From Bdellovibrionales bacterium (lineage in GTDB: Bacteria > Bdellovibrionota > Bdellovibrionia > Bdellovibrionales > UBA1609), in contig OZ251448.1 of NCBI GenBank assembly GCA_965242515.1, positions 518,512 through 582,511 on the forward strand: 64,000 bases of DNA, in the 5' to 3' direction. Every line of letters starts with the position of its first letter. The first letter of the stretch is position 1. Below are positions 8,395 to 18,189 of the stretch, one piece after another. The notes beneath the pieces are model-generated. The model was not told where the DNA came from, searched no databases, and was given only the letters and a program-made list of their open reading frames with translations. Made by a program: the position numbers and the translations under genes.

Positions 8395-9780
8395 TTACTG
8401 CTTTTCGCGTCCTAATAAATAACCACCATCTTTATCTACATCATAAATAGATAATAGCTTTTCTTTGTTGCTGGCTGTGGCTTTTAAGTCACCCTTCCAT
8501 TTTACCGTCCAGTAATTGCGACTGATACCTGTCAACAACATAGAATGGCTACCTATATTGTCTAATTGCTTTGTTTTTGCCAAAAGAGGTAGCACAGAAT
8601 GCACTTCACCCACTTGCTCACAAGCTTGCTTCTTTAAACGATATATACTTAAGTGTCTTAATAAATCAGCCCTTTTTTTAATTAAAAACCTGGGTGCGTG
8701 TGTGTAAGCCTTGCTGGCATAAGTGTACCGACGAACACTGTACGGAAACACATGTAACGATGTCCAATAATGATCTTTTAATAACTCATAAGTGTCTTCA
8801 AACTCTTTTTGCGTTTCTTCACAAAAACCAGCAATAATGTCCATACCTACATAAGCTTTATAAAATAATTTGTGGATTTTCGTTAAACAAGCTACTACTT
8901 GCTTTGCTGTATACTTTCTCTTCATTTTTTTTAACACATTTGTATTGGCACTTTGTACACTTAAATGAAAATGATGGCATAACCTGTTAGAACTATAAAG
9001 CTCTAATAACTCATCTGTTACTTCTATCGGCTCTAAACTGGATAAACGAATACGAGGCATGCGTGTCCGCTCCAATAACATTTTGACTAAATAAGCTAAA
9101 CCCCGACCCGATGACACACCCGGCACACTATAATCCCCAATGTGAACCCCTGTTAACACTACCTCCCTTATGCCTAAGTCATAGTGCTTGTTGACTGAAG
9201 CCACTAACTCATCCACCGGTAAACTGCGACTCTTACCCCTCGCAAATGGAATAACACAAAAAGTGCAAAAACTATCGCACCCATCTTGGATTTTTAAAAA
9301 TAAACGACTGCGACCACTAGCAACACCTCCACCTGCACCTAAACTAGCCTTTTTAAAAATCGATTCCTTAATAACAACTCGCTTATTTGATGTGCCTGTA
9401 AAAGAAGTAGAAACAAGGGAGGCTAAATCTGATTTATGAGAATTAGCCACCACCATGTCCACCTCTTTTAAATCAGAAAACTTTTCTGTTTCCACCTGTG
9501 CTGCACAACCTGTGACAATAATGCGATCCTCCGGACACTTCCTCTTGTACTGACGAATCCAGCGTCTGGCCGACTCCACAGCTTCTGCCGTTACTGCACA
9601 AGTGTTCACCACATGAACACTTGCACCCACGGCTTTAGTGTCAAAACCACCATTGGGTTTTTTATCTACCACTTCTTCTTGCCAAGAGTTTTGATTAAAA
9701 CTTTGTTGGATTAAAGCTGTGTCGTAAGTGTTCACCTTACACCCATAAGTTTTTACCGAATATTTCATCTTTTGTGCCAT
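8395..9780 (-). CDS. Radical-SAM methylthiotransferase, MiaB/RimO/MtaB family (MtaB-like)
   Basis: N-terminal UPF0004 Cys triad (KTYGCKVNTYD..., NTCAVT, TGCAAQ) and the radical-SAM CxxxCxxC motif (GCDSFCTFCVIPFARGKSRS). Confidence 0.85.
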   Translation of the reverse strand: MAQKMKYSVKTYGCKVNTYDTALIQQSFNQNSWQEEVVDKKPNGGFDTKAVGASVHVVNTCAVTAEAVESARRWIRQYKRKCPEDRIIVTGCAAQVETEKFSDLKEVDMVVANSHKSDLASLVSTSFTGTSNKRVVIKESIFKKASLGAGGGVASGRSRLFLKIQDGCDSFCTFCVIPFARGKSRSLPVDELVASVNKHYDLGIREVVLTGVHIGDYSVPGVSSGRGLAYLVKMLLERTRMPRIRLSSLEPIEVTDELLELYSSNRLCHHFHLSVQSANTNVLKKMKRKYTAKQVVACLTKIHKLFYKAYVGMDIIAGFCEETQKEFEDTYELLKDHYWTSLHVFPYSVRRYTYASKAYTHAPRFLIKKRADLLRHLSIYRLKKQACEQVGEVHSVLPLLAKTKQLDNIGSHSMLLTGISRNYWTVKWKGDLKATASNKEKLLSIYDVDKDGGYLLGREKQ

Positions 9781-9785
9781 TATAT

Positions 9786-9865
9786 CCTCTGCTGTTATTA
9801 CCTATCTGCTGTTACTTTACCTCTGCTGTTACTTTACCTCTGCCGTTACTGCCTCTATCGTGACT
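9786..9865 (-). repeat. Tandem array with TAACAGCAG core directly upstream of the methylthiotransferase start codon
   Basis: Gene-sense strand reads gtaacggcagag gtaaa gtaacagcagag gtaaa gtaacagcagatag gtaataacagcagaggatata-ATG. Related to the array at 42994-43090. Confidence 0.8.
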
Positions 9866-9882
9866 ATCATCTACCACTTTCT

Positions 9883-11529
9883 TTATGTGTTATCTATTAT
9901 ATGTAGTAATTTGTCAAATAAATTAGATATTTTTAGGGAGAATGTAGCATCGCCATTAAACATAAAAACAAAAATTACTTTCTGTCCGTTTTTCTTTTGT
10001 AAGTAGCCAGCAAGTCCCACAACCCCATTTAAACTACCTGTTTTAGCATGTACTCTACCTTTTAATGTTTGCAATCTTTCTTCTAAAGTGCCATCTAAGC
10101 CAGCTATAGGTAAAGCCGATTCAAACTCTGCTTGTAGGGGGTGTGCTAACCAGTATTGTAATACCTGCCATAAATGGTGAGGGCGAATACGATTTTTCCG
10201 ACTCAAACCTGAAGGATGCACTAAACGATATCCTTTAGAAATATGTAATGTGTTTTTCATATATCTTTTTAAAATCTTAATCCCTCTTTTTAAAGTGCCT
10301 TGCCTCCAGCCACGGCTTTTAAAGAAGTTACCTTTTTTAATATATGTCTTTTGATTCTTTTTACTTTTTTGCACGGCTAAGTTTTTTATCAACATATCTA
10401 CCATAAAGTTGTTAGAGTATTTCATCATAAGGCGGATGTTTTCAGTTAAGGTTTTTCCCTCCCACTGTGCTAAAAGTTGAGCTTTGAGAGGGGTTTTACC
10501 GGACCGAACAATACTTTCTAATTTTGCTAAAAGCTTTTTTGATGTTTTGGTTTTTTTTTCTCTACCTAAAACTTTAATACCTCTTTGTTGAAGAAAAGAA
10601 ATAGCATTCCACCCTGCCCATAAATCTGGTCTAGACACACTGTTGTACAATAAAGTTTCTTTCTGACCTAAAACAACATCTCCCATAATCGATAAAGATT
10701 GCCTTACCTGGTGTGGTATATTTGTTTGTTGAGAGTGAGGTTTAAACACATCCACCTTACTGGATAGGGACGACTTACCTTTTTTAATTGTTTTAGAGTT
10801 ATTTTTTATATTAGCAAAATACAGCTCTGATGGGTCCACAAAAACTTGTGCTACGCTTTCCACTTTTTTGCCAGGGCGTACATAGACATTCGCCACATTC
10901 CAGTTAAAAGACAAAGCCCCAACAGGTGCATTATAAGATAAATGCCCAAATTCATCAGACCCACGATGGTATTTTTTATCAAAACGAGAGTCATCTACAA
11001 TTAAATCTCCTTTTACTGTTTTAATACCCGTGCGTTTTAAATTATTAACTAGATTCCACAAGCTCTCCGATACAAAACTGGGATCCCCTCCTCCTTTTAA
11101 GTACAAGTCCCCGTTTAAAACAAAACCTTTAAGCTTTTTTGTAGCTAAAAATTGCGTGCGAAATCGCAGGGTCGGAGACAATAAATCCAGTAAAGCACTA
11201 GCTATAAAAATCTTTGCTAACGAAGCTGGAATAAATTCTTTATCCTTATTTAAAGCATAAATCATTGTATCTGGATGAGCCACCACAATACCTAAATTGC
11301 TTATAGGCACTTGGCTTTTAACTATTGTAGCCTGTAAGCTAGAAGCCAACTTATGATGTGGCATACCTTTTAAAGGCTGAGTACTTACAGGTTTAGTTTT
11401 TAATAACGACCAAGCTTTATCACCCTTCGTTTGAGCCACTGCACTATGAGCTGTTACTAACAATATGCATAAAAAAACACTCCACAGCCCCTGCCACACA
11501 TTAAAAATAAATGATTTTTTAGCATTCAT
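9883..11529 (-). CDS. dacB: D-alanyl-D-alanine carboxypeptidase/endopeptidase, PBP4 (peptidase S13)
   Basis: SxxK (PASLAKIF), SxN (KYSNNFMVD) and KTG (HAKTGSLNGV) motifs in the S13 order and spacing. Start moved to Met12 (MNAKKSFIF...), which precedes a signal peptide; the tracked ORF runs to 11562. Confidence 0.85.
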   Translation of the reverse strand: MNAKKSFIFNVWQGLWSVFLCILLVTAHSAVAQTKGDKAWSLLKTKPVSTQPLKGMPHHKLASSLQATIVKSQVPISNLGIVVAHPDTMIYALNKDKEFIPASLAKIFIASALLDLLSPTLRFRTQFLATKKLKGFVLNGDLYLKGGGDPSFVSESLWNLVNNLKRTGIKTVKGDLIVDDSRFDKKYHRGSDEFGHLSYNAPVGALSFNWNVANVYVRPGKKVESVAQVFVDPSELYFANIKNNSKTIKKGKSSLSSKVDVFKPHSQQTNIPHQVRQSLSIMGDVVLGQKETLLYNSVSRPDLWAGWNAISFLQQRGIKVLGREKKTKTSKKLLAKLESIVRSGKTPLKAQLLAQWEGKTLTENIRLMMKYSNNFMVDMLIKNLAVQKSKKNQKTYIKKGNFFKSRGWRQGTLKRGIKILKRYMKNTLHISKGYRLVHPSGLSRKNRIRPHHLWQVLQYWLAHPLQAEFESALPIAGLDGTLEERLQTLKGRVHAKTGSLNGVVGLAGYLQKKNGQKVIFVFMFNGDATFSLKISNLFDKLLHIIDNT

Positions 11530-11576
11530 TAGGTATAAATGTAAAAAGTAAAAACAAAACAAGCAAGTAAAACAAT

Positions 11577-13115
11577 ATGATAAAGCATTTTTTAGTTACT
11601 TTTTTAGCATTATTAGCGATCATACTATTCGTTATACTAAAAAAGCCTCCAACCAATACCAAGCTCCCTTTAGGGCAAAATGTTACGGTGGCTGTAGGCT
11701 CAAAGCCTCGCACCTTAGACCCACGATATGCTACTGATGCCACCAGCATGCGGATGGTGGATCTGATTTTTAGCTCTCTTGTACGCATATCGCGGGAAGG
11801 TAAAGTGCTACCATCCCTTGCCTCACGCTGGAGCTACCATAACAAAACTTACACATTCTTTATCCCCCATCACTGGCAATTCTCTAATGGTAGAAAACTA
11901 ACAAAAAAAGATATTCTATTTAGCTTTAAACAATACCAATCCCCCCATTGCCCCTTTGCGAGTTCTTTTAAAATCATAAAGTCAGTAAAAGTTACCACCC
12001 ATCCTAAGCAGAAAAATTTTATTGTTAAAGTACAACTTAAAACAGATTCTGCTAAATTCTTAAGTGCTGACTTACCCGTGTTAAAAATCTTACCTGAAGC
12101 TGAAACACTAGCACTCAAAGTTGCTCTACCCCCTATCGGTATAGGACCTTTTAAGTTAAAAACTCAAGGTAATACTAGTATTGTACTCATAGCTAATACT
12201 TATGCACCTACCCCTCCTCATATTCACCAAGTAACATTTGAAATTATTAGAGATGGCTTTACACGCTTTCAAAAAATCCTCAGCGGAGCTATTGACATTG
12301 CTCAATCTGAACTGTCACCTCAAAAAGTAAAGTGGTTTTTAAATAACTCTAAACACTCCTTTCAAGTTATCCGTAGCCCCGGACTTTCTATAAACTATCT
12401 GTTATTAAACTTTAAAGACCCATGTTTAAAGAAAAAACAATTCCGAAAAGCTCTTACACTATCTATTAATCGCTCGCAAATTATTAAATACAAACTACAC
12501 AATATGGCATATCGGGCAAGCAGCCTTCTTAGCAAAGGCAATAGGTTTCTCAATACACAAATAAAACACAGACCTTTTGACTTAAAAAAAGCTCGTCAAA
12601 TTTTACAAACACTTTCTGTTTGTAAAAACCATCCATTGTCTTTAAAAAGCTCTCTTTCTAAGGAGACTATCAACTACGCCCATATTATTGCACATGAGTG
12701 GCGGCATCTGGGTTTAAATATCCAACTAGAAAATTACGAGTGGGGGACTTTTTACCAAGATATCAACACAGGACAATTCCAAATAGCTCTTCTTAGATGG
12801 GTGGGAATCTCCGACCCTGATATATACCGTATTGCCTTTCACTCTAAAGAACACCCCCCCAAAGGTAGAAATAGAAGTTTTTACACCAACCCCACCCTAG
12901 ATCATCTCTTACAAAAGGGGCTTACAACTATGAACTTTCAAAAAAGAAAACAAATCTACGATAAAGTGCAACAAATAAGCTTTGACGATATTAACTTTAT
13001 TCCACTATGGCATAACGAACAAATAACTATTGTAAAAAACACCATTAAGGGCTACACACCAAGCTTTAAAGGGGATTTTTACTACCTGACAAAAATAAAA
13101 AAATCTCCTAAATAA
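11577..13115 (+). CDS. ABC transporter substrate-binding protein, family 5 (peptide/nickel type)
   Basis: About 510 aa with an N-terminal anchor. Conserved early segment LDPRYATDATSMRMVDLIFSSLVRISREGKVLPSLASRW and overall family-5 layout. No permease or ATPase genes adjacent. Confidence 0.7.
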   Translation: MIKHFLVTFLALLAIILFVILKKPPTNTKLPLGQNVTVAVGSKPRTLDPRYATDATSMRMVDLIFSSLVRISREGKVLPSLASRWSYHNKTYTFFIPHHWQFSNGRKLTKKDILFSFKQYQSPHCPFASSFKIIKSVKVTTHPKQKNFIVKVQLKTDSAKFLSADLPVLKILPEAETLALKVALPPIGIGPFKLKTQGNTSIVLIANTYAPTPPHIHQVTFEIIRDGFTRFQKILSGAIDIAQSELSPQKVKWFLNNSKHSFQVIRSPGLSINYLLLNFKDPCLKKKQFRKALTLSINRSQIIKYKLHNMAYRASSLLSKGNRFLNTQIKHRPFDLKKARQILQTLSVCKNHPLSLKSSLSKETINYAHIIAHEWRHLGLNIQLENYEWGTFYQDINTGQFQIALLRWVGISDPDIYRIAFHSKEHPPKGRNRSFYTNPTLDHLLQKGLTTMNFQKRKQIYDKVQQISFDDINFIPLWHNEQITIVKNTIKGYTPSFKGDFYYLTKIKKSPK

Positions 13116-13118
13116 ACA

Positions 13119-14432
13119 TTATAGGATGTTGGCTGATAATTCTGCTAAATCAGATCGTTCCCCTTTACTAAGAGTGACATGGGCTGTTAGTGTTTCTGAC
13201 TTAAATTTTTCTACAGAAAGCACTAAACCATTGTTGATAGAATCCACATAAGGGTTATCAATTTGATAGCAATCTCCTGTCAGAATAACTTTTGTGCCAT
13301 GACCTGCACGGGTCAACACAGTTTTAATTTCGTGAGGGGTGAGGTTTTGTGCTTCATCCACTACAAGATATTGGTTAGGGATACTTCGCCCACGAATGTA
13401 AGCTAAAGGTTCAATATTCACTAAACCCTGACTCATAAGGTCTCTCGTCAAGTGACCTGTTTTTTTACTAAGCCTCATTAAAAATTCCACACTGTCAAAT
13501 ATGGGTTGCATCCAAGGGTTTAATTTTTGTGCAATATCACCTGGTAAGTAACCAATGTCTCGCCCCATAGGGAATACAGGTCGTGACACCAATAGTTTTT
13601 GAAAAACACTTTCATCCAATGTTTTATACAAACCCACAGCTAAGGCTAACAAGGTTTTTCCCGTACCAGCTTTACCTAAAAGGGAAACACACATTAAAGA
13701 ATCGTTCATTAAAGCATCTAAGGCAAAACTTTGTTCTTTATTTTTAGGATACACACCCCATACAGCAGTGGTGGGTTGATAAAGAGACACAACCCCTTTT
13801 TTCTGACCATCAAAACGAGCTAATAATTCATCACCATTTTCACCCTGCATCACCACATATTGGTTAGGATATAAAGATATATTTTTAAAATTTAAAAAAC
13901 CTGTGTTTTTAAAAATATTTTTTTGGCTGGTTGTTATTTTTAACACCTGAATGCCTGTGTAAAGATCTTCAAAATCTCTTGCAGGAATAGGGTCGTAATC
14001 TTTCGCTTGAATGCCAAACACATCAGCCCTAATACGCAAATTAATGTCTTTTGTTACTAACTCTACACACGCAAAAGGGTTTTGTTTTTTTATAAACAAA
14101 GCCGTAGCTAAAATACGATGATCCACTTTAGAGTGACTAAGCTCTGACACATTAATGGGTTTGTCCATACTGACAAATACACAAGAATCTGCTTCTAATG
14201 GAATACCTTTTGTTAAAGAACCTTTTTGCCGTAAGACATCCATGCACCTGTTAAATTGACGAGCGTTACGACCCTTTTCGCCCATATCTTTTTTAAAAGT
14301 GTCAATCTCTTCTAAAACAGAAAAAGGGATGTAAATGTCAGCTTGTTTAAAAGCATACACTGCCATAGCATCGTACAATAACACGCTTGTGTCTAATACA
14401 ATTTTAGTTTTTTTGCTCGTAGAAGGTGTCAT
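13119..14432 (-). CDS. PIN-domain + PhoH-like ATPase (PhoH2/YlaK type)
   Basis: N-terminal PIN (VLDTSVLLYD...PFSVLEEID...TKDINLRIRA). Walker A GKAGTGKTLLALA, Walker B YLVVDEAQNL. Start set at the ATG that overlaps the upstream stop (TAATG at 14430-14434); the tracked ORF extends to 14474. Confidence 0.85.
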   Translation of the reverse strand: MTPSTSKKTKIVLDTSVLLYDAMAVYAFKQADIYIPFSVLEEIDTFKKDMGEKGRNARQFNRCMDVLRQKGSLTKGIPLEADSCVFVSMDKPINVSELSHSKVDHRILATALFIKKQNPFACVELVTKDINLRIRADVFGIQAKDYDPIPARDFEDLYTGIQVLKITTSQKNIFKNTGFLNFKNISLYPNQYVVMQGENGDELLARFDGQKKGVVSLYQPTTAVWGVYPKNKEQSFALDALMNDSLMCVSLLGKAGTGKTLLALAVGLYKTLDESVFQKLLVSRPVFPMGRDIGYLPGDIAQKLNPWMQPIFDSVEFLMRLSKKTGHLTRDLMSQGLVNIEPLAYIRGRSIPNQYLVVDEAQNLTPHEIKTVLTRAGHGTKVILTGDCYQIDNPYVDSINNGLVLSVEKFKSETLTAHVTLSKGERSDLAELSANIL

Positions 14433-15427
14433 TATTTTTTTAATTGAAATTTTTCTAATTGAGTGGTTGTGCAAACTTTGTTACGACCTGTTTTTTTAGC
14501 TTGATATAGAGCTTCATCCGCTCTTTTGTAAGCGTCTTTCCAATGGCTATCTTGAGCAACACACGCAGACACTCCAGCAGAAATAGTTACTAAAATAGTG
14601 CGACTGTCGTATTGAAAAACATTGTCTTGTATTTTTTCTCGCATTCTTTGTACAGAGCTTTTAGCCACTTCCTTAGAGCTATGTAAAAACACACAAAACT
14701 CCTCTCCCCCTGAGCGAACAAATAAATCCTGTGTCCGAAAACACGATCGGGCTAATCTCGCCACTTCCTTTAAAACATAATCACCTGCTAAATGACCGTA
14801 CTGATCGTTGACTTTCTTAAAAAAATCAATGTCAAAAATAATAACTGATAAAGGTTTGTCTTTTTTCTGACTCATAAAAAACATGTCCGGTGCCTTTGCA
14901 TCCAACATTAATCTATTACCTACCCCTGTTAAACTATCTGTAAAAGATCTTTTAAAGTTATCTTTAACAGAAGGTATCTCTGGGTTGTGGCTGGCTAAAA
15001 ATTTTAAAGTAACATTGCCAAATGTAATTAAATCGTTATCTTGTATCACCATTTCTTTATCAGAAGAGACAGCAATGTTATTAACATAAGTGCCATTAGT
15101 GGATTGTTTGTCTATGATACTAATTTTATTAACTCCGGAAAATCGCACTGTCAAATGTTGCTTGCTGACAGAAGGGTCTGGGATGCAAATATAACAAAAC
15201 CTGCTTCTGCCAATGCTGATTTTTTCTTTATCCATTTTCCAATAATGCCCCATGAGTGAATCAGGACCTTTTATCAGTTCAAAATAACAGCATTCCTCTT
15301 GATCGTCCGATGAAAAAGGAAATAATGGGTCTTGCAGTACCACTGTTTTTACCATTGTCTCCTTAGATTCCACAGTGGCTGTGTTTTCTGCTAATTCTAA
15401 TTTTGTTTTTTGTTTCTTTAATATCAT
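14432..15427 (-). CDS. FHA domain-containing diguanylate cyclase (GGDEF)
   Basis: FHA signature ISIGRS...SKQHLTV...STNGTYVNN. GGDEF domain with DSLTGVGNR, DIDFFKKVNDQYGH and an intact active site SGGEEF. Confidence 0.85.
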   Translation of the reverse strand: MILKKQKTKLELAENTATVESKETMVKTVVLQDPLFPFSSDDQEECCYFELIKGPDSLMGHYWKMDKEKISIGRSRFCYICIPDPSVSKQHLTVRFSGVNKISIIDKQSTNGTYVNNIAVSSDKEMVIQDNDLITFGNVTLKFLASHNPEIPSVKDNFKRSFTDSLTGVGNRLMLDAKAPDMFFMSQKKDKPLSVIIFDIDFFKKVNDQYGHLAGDYVLKEVARLARSCFRTQDLFVRSGGEEFCVFLHSSKEVAKSSVQRMREKIQDNVFQYDSRTILVTISAGVSACVAQDSHWKDAYKRADEALYQAKKTGRNKVCTTTQLEKFQLKK

Positions 15428-15478
15428 AATTTATAACACCAAAGTTTTATGTTTTACTGATAAATTGCCTACTTGTTT

Positions 15479-16726
15479 TTATTCCTCTGAAGGTTTGAGT
15501 TTTTCTTGTTCTGATACTTCTTCGTTTGCTCCTTCTCCTAAAGAGAGAGGGGAGGGGGTTTCTTGTGCTTCATTTTGTGCCTCATCAGATGGTGCAGATG
15601 ATGATGTACCACTTTGAAAATCATCATGCGAATCGTGATTAGCCAACACACCACCCCTTAAGATGTTAAGAGAAACATTTAATGAACGCACAGCTTTCCT
15701 GGAGCCTTCACGAAATTCTTCCAGCTCTTTTTGCACCACATTATATTTATCCTTTTGCCGATTGAGGTCCATTTTTAATTGATCGACAAGGCGTCTAAGG
15801 TCTAAAATATCACGCTCTTTAGCACGACGAATCACTTGGTCTTCTCTTGTTACAATGTCTAAACGATGCTCTAGCTCACGCTCCCTCACACGAATTTGCT
15901 GAATGTTGTTGGAAAGCCTATCTTCTAAAGACTTAGTTTGCAGTTTTAAATGCTCTATTTCTCGCCCTCTGGCTGATAAAGTGTCCATAAGAACTTTTTT
16001 TTCTTTTTTATAATCTTCTCTGCTTTCTTCATAGTCTCGCTTTAAACGGATGTACTTGGTTTGTCGTTTTTCAGCACTTTTTTCAAAATGATCAGCAGTG
16101 GAAAGTAACTCTTCATTTTCTCGTCTCAACCGCTCTATTTCTTCGTCTAAGGCAACAATCTTTTCTTGTGCTTCTCTCAAATACTCCGATTGCCTCAGAT
16201 ATTCAGACCAATTTAACGCACTGCTTTGCACTCCCGCCATAGCCATAGACGATGGTCCTGCTTGACCCATAGTGCCAGCTAACCACTTACTTTTAGCTCC
16301 ATTCTGATTTGCTGGTTTTTGGTCCGCCAAGTTTTGGTCCGCCAAGTTTTGGTCCGCCAAGTTTTTTATAGGTTGAGCTTTATTCTTTTTAGTCTTTTTG
16401 TTTTTTTTGTTAGGTTCAAAACAAATCACACTATCTGGAAAATCCGACAAAGGGGGATTTGCATCTTGGTTTTTTAAATCTAGACCTTTAGCTGAAGTAT
16501 GAGCAGGTGACTTACCTGTTACCAAACTTAATTTTTTAGGGTTTTTGGCAATATTTTTTTTGCCACCCTCTTTATCTAAAGATTCTTGTAAATTATTAGA
16601 ACCAAAGTCTAGCTCATTTAAAATAGGGTGGCTATTTGTAGCACCATGGCTGGACTCTAGCTCTTCGTGAGCTAGCTCTTCCATAGCTTGTTCTACAGCT
16701 AAATTTGCTTTTTTTGGTGTTGCCAT
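15479..16726 (-). CDS. Coiled-coil protein with NLADQ x3 repeat (function unknown)
   Basis: The C-terminal two thirds are heptad-like and charged (EEIERLRRENEELL..., RERELEHRLD...). A 15-bp tandem repeat at 16321-16365 encodes NLADQNLADQNLADQ. Lies 51 nt upstream of the FHA-GGDEF gene on the same strand. Confidence 0.6.
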   Translation of the reverse strand: MATPKKANLAVEQAMEELAHEELESSHGATNSHPILNELDFGSNNLQESLDKEGGKKNIAKNPKKLSLVTGKSPAHTSAKGLDLKNQDANPPLSDFPDSVICFEPNKKNKKTKKNKAQPIKNLADQNLADQNLADQKPANQNGAKSKWLAGTMGQAGPSSMAMAGVQSSALNWSEYLRQSEYLREAQEKIVALDEEIERLRRENEELLSTADHFEKSAEKRQTKYIRLKRDYEESREDYKKEKKVLMDTLSARGREIEHLKLQTKSLEDRLSNNIQQIRVRERELEHRLDIVTREDQVIRRAKERDILDLRRLVDQLKMDLNRQKDKYNVVQKELEEFREGSRKAVRSLNVSLNILRGGVLANHDSHDDFQSGTSSSAPSDEAQNEAQETPSPLSLGEGANEEVSEQEKLKPSEE

Positions 16727-16881
16727 GTTGTATTTTCCTTAGTTTTTTTAAAAAATCATACAAAAAAATCTTCCTCACTTATTCTTATCGGAAATAAAAT
16801 GTAATTCTTAAAAAAAGAGTATTGACATATATGAAAAATCCTTTGACGATTTAGAAAAACCTTTTTAAAAGGCTTCTTTGA

Positions 16882-18168
16882 ATGGCGTATACAGACGAGA
16901 TATTAGATAATCATCTTTATAAAAATGTTCTTTACGGCCTTGAAAAAGCCGGAAAGCACATAAGTCTTAATCGCAATGTAATAGAGCGGTTAAAACGCCC
17001 CCGCCGGGCTATTCGCGTCTCTATCCCTGTGCGGATGGATAACGACCGAGTACAAGTATTTAACGGCTACCGAGTGCAACACGACCATACTTTAGGACCT
17101 TTTAAAGGCGGTATTCGCTACCACCCTAGCGTAAATATAGGAGAAGTAGCAGCTCTTGCCTCCCTAATGACTTATAAAAATTCTCTACTTAACTTACCCC
17201 TGGGCGGGGCTAAAGGCGGGGTGCAGTTAGACCCCTCTGCCTTATCAAAAGCAGAATTGGAATCGCTCACTCGTCGCTTTACATCTGAATTAAGCCCTTT
17301 TATTGGACCTAGTAAAGACATCCCTGCACCTGATGTAGGCACAAATGAAGAAATAATGGCATGGATGTTGGATACTTATTCTTTAGAATCTGGATTTTCA
17401 CAAACAGGAGTGGTCACCGGCAAACCTGTAGAAATCGGAGGCTCTAAAGGTAGAAGCTGTGCCACAGGCTTAGGAGTGGTTTATATTTTAGAAAAACTAC
17501 TAGAAACACAAAATAAAAAAATTAGCGATACCACCATTGCCGTGCAAGGCTTTGGGAAAGTAGGACTCCACGCCTGCATAGAAGCCCACGCAAGAGGGGC
17601 TCGTATCGTAGCTGTAAGTGATAGATCAGGAGGAGTGTTTTGTGCTTCCGGCTTAAATATTACAGAACTTATTAACTACACTCGCTCTAATAAATTCGTT
17701 AAAGACTACCCTAATGCAGAAAAGATTTCCAATGATGACCTATTGAGCTTACAAGTAGATGCCCAAGTCCCTTGTGCATTAGATGGAGTGATTAATACTA
17801 AAAATATGAAAGACATTAAAGCAAAAATGATTGTGGAAGGTGCTAACGGTCCCACTACCCCCCAAGCAGAAGAATACCTAAGCAAAAAAGGGGTACTCAT
17901 CGCACCAGATATCTTAGCTAATGGAGGCGGCGTGGTAGTAAGTTACTTTGAATGGGTGCAAGATATCGGCTGGCTGTTCTGGACAGAAAAAGAAGTTCGT
18001 AACAAACTACGCGATGTGATGACTATGTCGTTTGACAAAGTATGGCGATTCTCCGAAGAACGCCCCATAAACAACCAAAGTAAATACCACGACCTGCGGT
18101 TGGCTGCCATGAGTGTCTCACTGCTACGCCTAGAAACAGCTATGAAATTACGCGGTCAAGCCTGGTAG
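16882..18168 (+). CDS. gdhA: Glutamate dehydrogenase (Glu/Leu/Phe/Val dehydrogenase family)
   Basis: Active-site Lys motif LPLGGAKGGV, PAPDVGT, Rossmann VQGFGKVG, and C-terminal EGANGPTTP...ANGGGVVVSYFEWVQ. Confidence 0.9.
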   Translation: MAYTDEILDNHLYKNVLYGLEKAGKHISLNRNVIERLKRPRRAIRVSIPVRMDNDRVQVFNGYRVQHDHTLGPFKGGIRYHPSVNIGEVAALASLMTYKNSLLNLPLGGAKGGVQLDPSALSKAELESLTRRFTSELSPFIGPSKDIPAPDVGTNEEIMAWMLDTYSLESGFSQTGVVTGKPVEIGGSKGRSCATGLGVVYILEKLLETQNKKISDTTIAVQGFGKVGLHACIEAHARGARIVAVSDRSGGVFCASGLNITELINYTRSNKFVKDYPNAEKISNDDLLSLQVDAQVPCALDGVINTKNMKDIKAKMIVEGANGPTTPQAEEYLSKKGVLIAPDILANGGGVVVSYFEWVQDIGWLFWTEKEVRNKLRDVMTMSFDKVWRFSEERPINNQSKYHDLRLAAMSVSLLRLETAMKLRGQAW

Positions 18169-18189
18169 CACACAAAGTGTGTTTATTTT
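18168..18189 (+). terminator. Weak intrinsic terminator after gdhA
   Basis: cacac-aaa-gtgtg forms a 5-bp stem followed by tttatttt. Short stem, so confidence is low. Confidence 0.3.

Noticed and set aside
9786-9865. Possibility that the short tandem arrays (here, 27380-27457 and 42994-43090) are CRISPR arrays.
   Set aside because: The units are 12-17 nt and directly abutting, with no 25-40-nt unique spacers. There are no cas genes in the window.
11519-11788. 89-aa minus-strand ORF spanning the PBP4 / solute-binding-protein divergent region.
   Set aside because: It overlaps the start of the well-supported plus-strand gene. The translation is compositionally odd and has no RBS.
16822-16860. 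TTGACA (16822) and TTGACG (16843) as gdhA promoter -35 boxes.
   Set aside because: Neither has a convincing -10 hexamer at the proper spacing, so neither is reported as a feature.
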